Positions 25,704-32,677 of a DNA stretch of 39,776 nt are shown here, one piece after another. Location: positions 1 through 39,776 of the IMG/VR virus record IMGVR_UViG_3300010214_000040, one strand, 5' to 3'. Origin of the DNA: a virus (Duplodnaviria; Caudoviricetes). Each line of letters begins with the position of its first letter. Position 1 is the first letter of the stretch. The notes beneath the pieces are model-generated. The model was not told the DNA's origin, did no database searches, and saw only the letters and a program-made list of their open reading frames with translations. The position numbers and the translations under genes were made by a program.

Positions 25704-26651
25704 CTAGGCTTTAAATACAGCCTCTGCCATGCGCGACTCCCCTCCCTTTGCTTCCAGCAAAGTCCGAGCGACCTTCATGCATGCCTCTCGCTCGGAATCG
25801 GTGAGCATCCTTGCCTGATCCAGCAAAGTCATGCCCCCGTTGTAGCCATCGCGTGTAGCTTGAATGATGGATTTAAAGCCATCTTCATCCAGCGGCGCAT
25901 ACCCGACTGATAGCAATGCATCGTTAACCTGCGGTCGCATTGCGGCTTTGAACTGACCAAGTTCTTGGCGCACAAATCCAACCAGGCAAAGAACCATCAG
26001 ATGCTGATCAGCCCACTGCACGTACCACGGCATGGCGTCATCTCTGTGTGCCAGAACCAGATTCCACAAAGCAGCACGATCGAGAAGTTCGCCACTATGC
26101 AAATCAATTGCGGATGTGATGTCAGCAAAAGTGAAGGCCTCCTCTACCTCACCAGGCCACACCACCCCTGACATAGCCCGCCGATCGCTGGCCCATGCCC
26201 TAGGTGTGAAATCAACCTCGCGCAAGGGTGTACCTCGACGATTAACCGTCAGCCTAAATCGTGCAGCAGATGGGACCGTTTGCCATTGCGTTTGTTTAGG
26301 CGCACCCGGCACCTCGTCGCGAAATGACTGCGCAGAATCAGGCAATCCACACCATTCCCATAAACCGCGCACCTTGATGTCACGACCTGCTCTGATGTCA
26401 TGTACACCGAGCATCTGCGAAAACTTAAACAGTCGTAGTTCGCCAATCAGGTAGTCCCAGGCCCGCACACCCTCCTCGGTTGCATACATCCGAATCGGAA
26501 AAATGTCCCGTCTCGTGTCTGTACCGAAGTCTTCGCGATAGTGAATGTTGAAAAGTGGATAAGACCCAGCCGGCGGCTCTCTTTTCATCGGCACCACCTC
26601 AACCTCAGGTTTATTTTTATTGCATTTTCTAAACCAATCGAAGAACCCCAT
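25704..26651 (-). CDS. Accessory protein with WYL-like domain(s) and a helical C-terminus
   Basis: IHY.....T.R.I.P...VRAWDYL.GELRLFKFSQM is a WYL-type pattern. GGAGG RBS. Lower GC and opposite orientation to its neighbours. Confidence 0.6.
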   Translation of the reverse strand: MGFFDWFRKCNKNKPEVEVVPMKREPPAGSYPLFNIHYREDFGTDTRRDIFPIRMYATEEGVRAWDYLIGELRLFKFSQMLGVHDIRAGRDIKVRGLWEWCGLPDSAQSFRDEVPGAPKQTQWQTVPSAARFRLTVNRRGTPLREVDFTPRAWASDRRAMSGVVWPGEVEEAFTFADITSAIDLHSGELLDRAALWNLVLAHRDDAMPWYVQWADQHLMVLCLVGFVRQELGQFKAAMRPQVNDALLSVGYAPLDEDGFKSIIQATRDGYNGGMTLLDQARMLTDSEREACMKVARTLLEAKGGESRMAEAVFKA

Positions 26652-26742
26652 ACCCCCTCCGTGACCAGGAAATAAAACCGCCCCTCTCAAGAAAAAGACA
26701 AATCAAAGCAACATTGAGCGAGGTGCAGTGGTTTTGCAGGGT

Positions 26743-27081
26743 TTAGTTCAACCCGTCTTTCGCACACAGGGATTCAGCTGCCTCACCAATTGAAAGCACT
26801 AGATACTGCAGTGACTCACCCTGATTTTTGATCGCGAATCCAATGAAGCGCTCAAAGCCAGAGTAAGCACCGTATCCATTTTTCGCATTGACCTGGCCAC
26901 ACATCTTCCACAAACCGACTTCAGAAGGCTTGTATCGGATGTTCTTGAATTTTGCGCTGTCGGCGTCTTTCAATGAATCCTCGAGAGCTGCGCGAAGCAG
27001 CTTCTCATTTAGCTTCGGTGCTGGCTGTGCAGCAGCAGTCCCACACGCCAACAACATCAAGATTGAAATGAAAGTCTTCAT
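26743..27081 (-). CDS. Secreted/periplasmic moron protein
   Basis: Signal peptide MKTFISILMLLACGTAAA and LKDADSAKF...CGQVNAKNGYGAYSG motif. Confidence 0.75.
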   Translation of the reverse strand: MKTFISILMLLACGTAAAQPAPKLNEKLLRAALEDSLKDADSAKFKNIRYKPSEVGLWKMCGQVNAKNGYGAYSGFERFIGFAIKNQGESLQYLVLSIGEAAESLCAKDGLN

Positions 27082-27239
27082 AGTTACCCTCTTATAGATG
27101 TAACAACATGATGCCATGACGACACATATCGTCAGAAAAATCGAAGTCTTGCGACGCAATCACTTCAAGCCCGCACCCTGCGGGCTTTTTTTTATGGCGA
27201 ATCTGGAGCGCCTTTTCTCCAGTCAACAAGGAAGCCTCA

Positions 27240-27434
27240 ATGCCCATCAACCAACCAACCTTCAAGTTCAACCTGAAGCAAAACGTGCAAATCATCATCA
27301 GCGGCGAGCAAGGCCAGGTGCGTGCTCGCGGCGACGGTGTAGAGCGCACCAATCAATACCTCGTGCACTACAAGAGCGCACAGGGTATGGCGACCGAAGC
27401 ATGGTGGAACGAAGACCAGATTGAAGCAGTCTGA
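27240..27434 (+). CDS. Small phage protein (SH3-like beta pattern)
   Basis: AAGGA RBS, FKFNL.Q.V...SGEQG...YLVHY...EAWW.E, followed by a hairpin at 27447-27470. Confidence 0.75.
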   Translation: MPINQPTFKFNLKQNVQIIISGEQGQVRARGDGVERTNQYLVHYKSAQGMATEAWWNEDQIEAV

Positions 27435-27820
27435 CATCCCAGCCAAACAGGCCCGCGCAATGCGGGCCTTGTCTTTAGAACTATCCGGCGTGACCACTCA
27501 AGCAGGTGCGGCAGCTCAGGAATTCGCCTGGGCTGGCGTCAGTTGAGAGCTTGGCGAGAGTGGTCACACCAGATGGTTTTGTTTTCGCCGGGCCTGGGGC
27601 ATCTCCTCCCTCCCTTCTAACCACTTCCCCAGGCACGCCCACCAGGGTGCCGGCACTTTTCACCCCAGCCCCACCGCACAGGACTACCAGACCGTGACGA
27701 ACTGCCCGTGTTTTAGAGGCTTGCAACTAAAGCACACACACCGCAGTCCGGTTGGCAAAAGTCCTGATATCAGGAACCATATACAATTAAATTTGTATGA
27801 ACCCATGTGAGAGTCAAACT

Positions 27821-28018
27821 ATGAAACACGGCAAAGCGCTTCTCGCTGGCCTGTTCGCAGGTCTGGCAGCACCCTCAACCATTGCATCTACACCACGCTA
27901 CCATGAGCTTCAAGGTAGCGACCTGCAAAGGATACGCGGCGATGCTGTTCGCGTTGGTAACACGTTCAAGTATGTGATTGCTCGTGAATCCAGCAAAAAA
28001 GCAAAACCCAACAGTTAA
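27821..28018 (+). CDS. Hypothetical protein
   Basis: Short ORF coupled to the DUF2335-like gene. The start may be 27797. Confidence 0.5.
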   Translation: MKHGKALLAGLFAGLAAPSTIASTPRYHELQGSDLQRIRGDAVRVGNTFKYVIARESSKKAKPNS

Positions 28019-28391
28019 GCCTGCTCAGGCCGCCCCGCGGCAATCTGAGCAACAGCAACAGATGCTGGCATCTGCCCAGTGGTCTGGCCCCCTACCACCT
28101 CCTGCTGCTCTAGAGCACTTCAATTCGATCATCCCCAACGGGGCTGATCGAATCATGACTCTGGTCGAAAAGGAGCAAGAGCACCGCATTGCGCATGAAA
28201 CCACTGCGTTGCGAGCCGAGATCACCGACTTCCGTACAGGTATGGTTATCGGCGCATTCTTGGCCTTTCTCTGCATAGTCGGCGCCGTTTACTGCGCTTT
28301 CATCGGCGCACACCCAATGGTCAGCATCGCCTTGGTGAGCTTGCCAATCATGGTGCTCATCGGCAAATTCTTGGCTAAACGAGATAGCTAA
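27978..28391 (+). CDS. DUF2335-like membrane protein
   Basis: SGPLPPP..L.......PNGADRIM..VEKEQEHR followed by two TM helices. Confidence 0.8.
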   Translation: MLVNPAKKQNPTVKPAQAAPRQSEQQQQMLASAQWSGPLPPPAALEHFNSIIPNGADRIMTLVEKEQEHRIAHETTALRAEITDFRTGMVIGAFLAFLCIVGAVYCAFIGAHPMVSIALVSLPIMVLIGKFLAKRDS

Positions 28392-28477
28392 ACTACATCT
28401 AAGCCCGCCTCATTGGCGGGTTTTTTCTTCCCCGGTATCCAACCAGCCCGCCAGCAAACGCTGAGCGGGCTTTTTTC

Positions 28478-28834
28478 ATGGAGCTAATGACCATGTCAAC
28501 AACCGCCCCCACCGAGCGAAAAGCCCCCACTCGCCAACGCGCCCCCAAGGCCGAGCACCTGAGCATGGCTCACCCCGATCTGCCCCATACGGAACACCCG
28601 CATTTCTGGGTTGCCACCTATCTCGCGGATCTGGCTGAGCAAGTCGCACTTGAGCACCTTCGGCGAAAGATCCGTCCAAAGGTAGACAAGTTGACCTTCG
28701 ATGCACTCTGGACCTCGGACACGTTCTACTTCGTCAGGATTAATCAATCCGCTGAATTTGTGCGTAAGGAAGGCCTGCTGCTCTACGCATGGCCCGGAAC
28801 CAAGCTTTTCACCAACCCCGAAGCCCGCCACTGA
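28478..28834 (+). CDS. Hypothetical protein
   Basis: ORF between two terminator-like repeats. The true start is probably a few codons in, after GGAG. Confidence 0.6.
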   Translation: MELMTMSTTAPTERKAPTRQRAPKAEHLSMAHPDLPHTEHPHFWVATYLADLAEQVALEHLRRKIRPKVDKLTFDALWTSDTFYFVRINQSAEFVRKEGLLLYAWPGTKLFTNPEARH

Positions 28835-28843
28835 GCGGGCTTT
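28822..28843 (+). terminator. Terminator-like repeat AGCCCGCCACTGAGCGGGCTTT
   Basis: GC stem plus T-tract. Identical copy at 34220-34241, with variants near 27167, 28401, 28445, 30178, 36069 and 38455. Confidence 0.75.
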
Positions 28844-28868
28844 TCTTTTGCCCTCAACCGGAGACCCC

Positions 28869-29108
28869 ATGCAAGCAACACGCACCACCTGGCCCAGCAT
28901 GCGATGCACCAACCCGGCATTCGAGCACCGCGATGCCTTGCGCACCAACATTGCCGAGACCTTCGCCAGGGCGCGCGAGCGCATCGCGGCCGAGCAGGCA
29001 GCCCAGGCCAAAAAGCCGCGCCGCCGCACCCAGCACAGCCCGGCACTGATGACCATCAAGCGCGTGCGTGCCGGCACCACCAACCACCTGAATTTGCAGC
29101 TTTTCTAG
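28869..29108 (+). CDS. Hypothetical early protein
   Basis: GGAG RBS and TNIAETFARARERIA. Confidence 0.6.
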   Translation: MQATRTTWPSMRCTNPAFEHRDALRTNIAETFARARERIAAEQAAQAKKPRRRTQHSPALMTIKRVRAGTTNHLNLQLF

Positions 29109-29119
29109 GAGCCGCCTCC

Positions 29120-29254
29120 ATGCGCGTTTTCGTCCTGACATGCGGCGGCGTCTCCATCCAGCACATAGCCCGCAGCACCGCCGAAGCGTTTGACCACGGC
29201 TTTGTCGAGCTGGGCCACCTGGGCTTGGGGATCTCTTGCCGATGCATCCGATAG
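29120..29254 (+). CDS. Small hypothetical protein
   Basis: AGGAG RBS, 44 aa, coupled to its neighbours. Confidence 0.5.
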   Translation: MRVFVLTCGGVSIQHIARSTAEAFDHGFVELGHLGLGISCRCIR

Positions 29255-29472
29255 ACACCGTGCTGCACGAGCTGCAGCACCGCGACCGACAGCGCAGCCG
29301 TCTGCTGCGCCTCATGCAGAGCCAGGCGGCAACCACTGCCAAGCCTAGTGCCTCTCTCAACACCTACTTTCAAACCGAGCTGCAGCAAGCGCTGCGCGCC
29401 CACAAACCTGCAAAGGAGCAACGCCATGCCCACCCGCTCTATCGTGATCTTCGGCCCCAAAGGCTGCGGTAA
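29242..29472 (+). CDS. Hypothetical protein
   Basis: Overlapping-gene arrangement typical of an early operon. Confidence 0.45.
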   Translation: MHPIDTVLHELQHRDRQRSRLLRLMQSQAATTAKPSASLNTYFQTELQQALRAHKPAKEQRHAHPLYRDLRPQRLR

Positions 29473-29683
29473 GACCAGCCAGGCAGCACGCCTGCAGCAG
29501 CATTTCGGCCTCAGCAAGGTCTATGACACCGACTGCGAAGGCCTGACCAGCGCCCGCCAGCTGCCGCGCAATGACACCCTGATCCTGGCCAACACCCAGC
29601 CGCAGCGCTGCCCCGTTCGCAGCATGAGCTTTGAGCAGGCTGTGCGCCAGATGTCTCAGGCACCCGCTCACGCCCATGGCTGA
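29426..29683 (+). CDS. Small P-loop-containing protein
   Basis: AAGGAG RBS and IVIFGPKGCGKT Walker A in an 85-aa protein. Confidence 0.65.
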   Translation: MPTRSIVIFGPKGCGKTSQAARLQQHFGLSKVYDTDCEGLTSARQLPRNDTLILANTQPQRCPVRSMSFEQAVRQMSQAPAHAHG

Positions 29684-29906
29684 CGCCTTCAAGTCCACCT
29701 GGGCCGGTGGCGAGGTGCTGATCCCCAAGGCCCAGGTCGAAGCCGAAGCCCGCGAGGCCTACCACGCAGGCCGCACGCCCAACGAGGCCTGCCCCTACCC
29801 CTTCCACACCGACGCCGGCCTGCAGTGGCTGGCGACCTTCAACCTCTGCATGCCGCTGTCTACCGACAAACAGCCACTCCCCAATGACCACCTCCCACAT
29901 CCCTAA
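29676..29906 (+). CDS. Small protein with A-x-A...CPYP...W motif (Rmf/CrpP-like fold)
   Basis: EAREAYHAG....ACPYP......QW. Confidence 0.5.
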   Translation: MADAFKSTWAGGEVLIPKAQVEAEAREAYHAGRTPNEACPYPFHTDAGLQWLATFNLCMPLSTDKQPLPNDHLPHP

Positions 29907-30117
29907 AGGCGGCATGTGCACCACCTGCGCCAATGGATCCAAAGCCTGCGCGGATCTGCAGTTTGCGAGCATGCCGCCAATCCAACGCTACCCCGACGGC
30001 ATCACTGCCGTGAAGTGCACCGGCCACAGCGCGCCAGCCGCCTCGCCGCCGCTCTGCATCAGCTGCGGCGCACGAAACCACCCGCTGCCCGATGGCAGCC
30101 TGCCCTGCGGTCACTGA
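29884..30117 (+). CDS. Small Cys-rich protein
   Basis: PKGGMCTTC...C..L.F..MP and CISCG...LPCGH motifs. Confidence 0.6.
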   Translation: MTTSHIPKGGMCTTCANGSKACADLQFASMPPIQRYPDGITAVKCTGHSAPAASPPLCISCGARNHPLPDGSLPCGH

Positions 30118-30223
30118 GCGCACGAACCACTCATAGATATCGATGAACTGAGCCAAACGCTCACATCAATGAATAACGGTCCGACATTGAGCGGGCTTTT
30201 TTGTTTTCAAAAGAGGAGCATCC

Positions 30224-30817
30224 ATGCACATCGCACACGCCGAGAACATTCACATCCACCTGCCTGCAGGCCTTGCACTGGGTTCGACCTTGTCTACCTT
30301 CCTGGACGCCTCAAGCGCAGTAGCCCCCATCAACGCCAGCGAATCACTTGCCATTCACACGGTGGGCCACGGCGAGTATTGGGCCGGCCAGGGCGGTCAC
30401 TTCATATGCACGCTACCCGCAATGCACGGCCTGCCCACCCGCCACCTGATCGCTGCAGCGGAAGAAAACGAATGCACCTGGGGCAAAGGCGGCGAGGACG
30501 TACCAGGCGCCGCCAGCCAGTACGACGGCAAGGCCAACACCGCCGCCCTTGTGGCGCACGGCGGGCATCCAGCTGCCGAGTGGGCCGCCACCTATGAGGC
30601 GAACGGCCTCAAAGACTTCTACCTGCCCAGCCGCCTTGAGCTGTTGATGTGCTACCTGGCCGCACCCCAGCTTTTCAAGAAGGAAGGCCACTACTGGAGC
30701 AGCTCGCAGTACTCGCGCTACGGCGCCTGGTGCCAGGTCTTCGAGTACGGCGCCAGCAACGGCAACGTCAAGGACGACGAGCTCCGCGCTCGCCCCGTCC
30801 GCACGATTCAACTTTAA
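30224..30817 (+). CDS. DGR target protein 1 (DUF1566/CLec-like)
   Basis: DGKANT, DFYLPSRLEL and YWSSSQ...AW...F..G...LRARPVR motifs, with a C-terminal VR. GAGGAG RBS. Confidence 0.92.
   Translation: MHIAHAENIHIHLPAGLALGSTLSTFLDASSAVAPINASESLAIHTVGHGEYWAGQGGHFICTLPAMHGLPTRHLIAAAEENECTWGKGGEDVPGAASQYDGKANTAALVAHGGHPAAEWAATYEANGLKDFYLPSRLELLMCYLAAPQLFKKEGHYWSSSQYSRYGAWCQVFEYGASNGNVKDDELRARPVRTIQL
30704..30803 (+). repeat. Variable repeat VR1
   Basis: 100 bp colinear with TR 32536-32635; 11 mismatches, all at TR adenines. Confidence 0.97.
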
Positions 30818-30838
30818 GCCTTCATCCCTTCATCACTT

Positions 30839-30855
30839 CCGGCGCGCAGCGCCGG
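30839..30855 (+). other. DGR target-recognition hairpin after VR1
   Basis: CCGGCGC-GCA-GCGCCGG. Confidence 0.8.
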
Positions 30856-30880
30856 TTCTTTTTTGTCCGCAGGAGTTTTC

Positions 30881-31384
30881 ATGAACACCATTCAACTGCC
30901 AGCCATCGGCTGCTTCATCGTCAGCCAAGGCGGCTACCTGGGCGCCATCATGCGCGGCCTTGCTGCTGATGGCAGCCAAGACTATGCCCTGATCGTGCCA
31001 GCCGCGGCAGGCGCTGAAATCGAGGCCACCGCCTGGGCTCCTGAGTACGTGAAGATCGAAGGCACTGACAGCAAAACCGACGGCGTGGCCAACACCGCCG
31101 CCATGGCTGCGGCAGGCCTGGACTTGGCCAAGCGCATCACCACCCTGGACCTGCACGGGTTTCAGGATTGGTATCTGCCAGCAACCCATGAGCTGCGCAC
31201 CCTCTACATCAACGTGCCGGAGCTCTTCTCCAATGACGAGTGGTACTGGAGCAGCACGCAGTGCTCGCGCAGCGGCGCCTGGTGCCAGGACTTCGAGTTC
31301 GGCGGCAGCAGCAGCGGCGACAAGGACTTCGCGCTCCGCGCTCGCCCCGTCCGCCAGATTCCACTTTCCCACTTCAACGCTTGA
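30881..31384 (+). CDS. DGR target protein 2 (DUF1566/CLec-like)
   Basis: ATG at 30881 with an AGGAG RBS. DWYLPATHEL and YWSSTQ motifs, with a C-terminal VR. Confidence 0.92.
   Translation: MNTIQLPAIGCFIVSQGGYLGAIMRGLAADGSQDYALIVPAAAGAEIEATAWAPEYVKIEGTDSKTDGVANTAAMAAAGLDLAKRITTLDLHGFQDWYLPATHELRTLYINVPELFSNDEWYWSSTQCSRSGAWCQDFEFGGSSSGDKDFALRARPVRQIPLSHFNA
31257..31354 (+). repeat. Variable repeat VR2
   Basis: 98 bp colinear with TR 32537-32634; 15 mismatches, all at TR adenines. Confidence 0.97.
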
Positions 31385-31390
31385 TTACTT

Positions 31391-31407
31391 CCGGCGCGCA
31401 GCGCCGG
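31391..31407 (+). other. DGR target-recognition hairpin after VR2
   Basis: CCGGCGC-GCA-GCGCCGG, identical to the hairpin after VR1. Confidence 0.8.
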
Positions 31408-31432
31408 TTCATTTATTTCAACAGGAGCTTTC

Positions 31433-31939
31433 ATGCGCACCATCACATTGCCCGCATTGGGCAGCTTTATCACTGGTCAAGGCGGCTATCTGGGCGCCAT
31501 CATTCGTGGCGCAGCCGCCGACGGCAGTCAAGACTACGCTGTCATCGTGCCCGAGGAGGAAGGCGCAGAACTCAAGGATGTCGCCTGGTCGCAGGAGTAC
31601 GCAATCATTGAAGGCGCCAGCAGCAAGACCGATGGCGCAGCCAACACAGCTGCGATGGCTGCAGCTGGCCTGGAACTTGCCAAGCACATCACCTCGCTGG
31701 AACTGCACGGGCACAAGGATTGGTACCTGCCATCTGCTGGCGAGCTGCGAGCGCTAAGCGCCAACGCTTCCGACCTGTTTCACTTCGATGACTACTACTG
31801 GAGCAGCACGCAGTACTCGCGCTACGACGCCTGGTGCCAGGACTTCGAGTACGGCGGCAGCTACTACGGCTACGACAAGGGCAACGAGCTCCGCGCTCGC
31901 CCCGTCCGCAAGATTCCACTTTCGCACTTCAATGCTTAA
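31433..31939 (+). CDS. DGR target protein 3 (DUF1566/CLec-like)
   Basis: Close paralogue of target 2. DWYLPSAGEL and YWSSTQ motifs, with a C-terminal VR. Confidence 0.92.
   Translation: MRTITLPALGSFITGQGGYLGAIIRGAAADGSQDYAVIVPEEEGAELKDVAWSQEYAIIEGASSKTDGAANTAAMAAAGLELAKHITSLELHGHKDWYLPSAGELRALSANASDLFHFDDYYWSSTQYSRYDAWCQDFEYGGSYYGYDKGNELRARPVRKIPLSHFNA
31809..31910 (+). repeat. Variable repeat VR3
   Basis: Aligns to TR 32537-32635 with 10 mismatches at adenines plus a 3-nt insertion in the AAC run. Confidence 0.96.
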
Positions 31940-31945
31940 CCACTT

Positions 31946-31967
31946 CGACCGGCGCTTGCGCCGGTCG
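31946..31967 (+). other. DGR target-recognition hairpin after VR3
   Basis: CGACCGGCG-CTTG-CGCCGGTCG. Confidence 0.8.
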
Positions 31968-31978
31968 CGTAATTTTTC

Positions 31979-32344
31979 ATGGCACTGACCACAGATCTTG
32001 ATATCTACAAGCAAGCCAGCGGACTGCTTTCGCTGGCCATCGACGTGCAGGCACAAATCCCCAGAGCCTTCCGAGCCTCAATGGGATGCCGAATCGCAGA
32101 TGAATGTGTTGAATTGCTGGTGCTCATTGGCAGAGCCAATGCAGCACGCACAGGCCCTGCCCGTGCAGCGCATATCGACGCATTGCTTGAGCGCCTGGAA
32201 GTGGCCCGCTTTCTGCTGCGCGCTGCCCATGACCACAAGCAACGGCTGATCAGCACATCGCTTTGGACTCGCAGCATCGCCATCAGCGACAGCATCAGCA
32301 AGCAGGCCCACGGATGGCTCAAATCTGCGCGCCAGCGCCCATGA
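31979..32344 (+). CDS. avd: Accessory variability determinant (four-helix bundle)
   Basis: 121 aa, L.IYK...IPR.FR..MG.RI...I.RAN...I.KQ..GWLK. Lies between the targets and TR. Confidence 0.88.
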   Translation: MALTTDLDIYKQASGLLSLAIDVQAQIPRAFRASMGCRIADECVELLVLIGRANAARTGPARAAHIDALLERLEVARFLLRAAHDHKQRLISTSLWTRSIAISDSISKQAHGWLKSARQRP

Positions 32345-32535
32345 AAACCGCAGCGCCTGCTGCATGACGGTCAAGGCTGTCATGCCCGTGCGTTTTTGAA
32401 TCTGGTCGGGCCGCTGGGCCACAAGCCCACCGCCAGGTGCACCAAGGGAACGATCCGGCCATCCGGACACGCCCTGCACAGTGGCTGCACTGATCGGCAT
32501 TGCCTTCGGAGCAGCCATGTAGATAGCCCGACACG

Positions 32536-32635
32536 TCGCAGTACTCGCGCAACAACGCCTGGTGCCAGGACTTCGAGAACGGCAACAGCAACAACAACGA
32601 CAAGGACAACGAGCTCCGCGCTCGCCCCGTCCGCA
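32536..32635 (+). ncRNA. DGR template repeat (TR)
   Basis: Copy of the VRs rich in AAC (8 AAC codons), located between avd and RT. Confidence 0.97.
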
Positions 32636-32677
32636 GATTCAAACCCGGCCGGCCTCGCGCTGGCCACCCCTCTCATC

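Noticed and set aside
30704-32635. Four roughly 100-bp repeats as a CRISPR array or simple duplications
   Set aside because: They are too long, three lie within coding sequence, there are no cas genes, and the mismatches are adenine-specific.
32396-32677. N-terminal extension of the RT ORF (TTG start) through the TR
   Set aside because: It reads the TR out of the VR frame as low-complexity Thr/Ala. RT-like sequence begins at ATG 32678.
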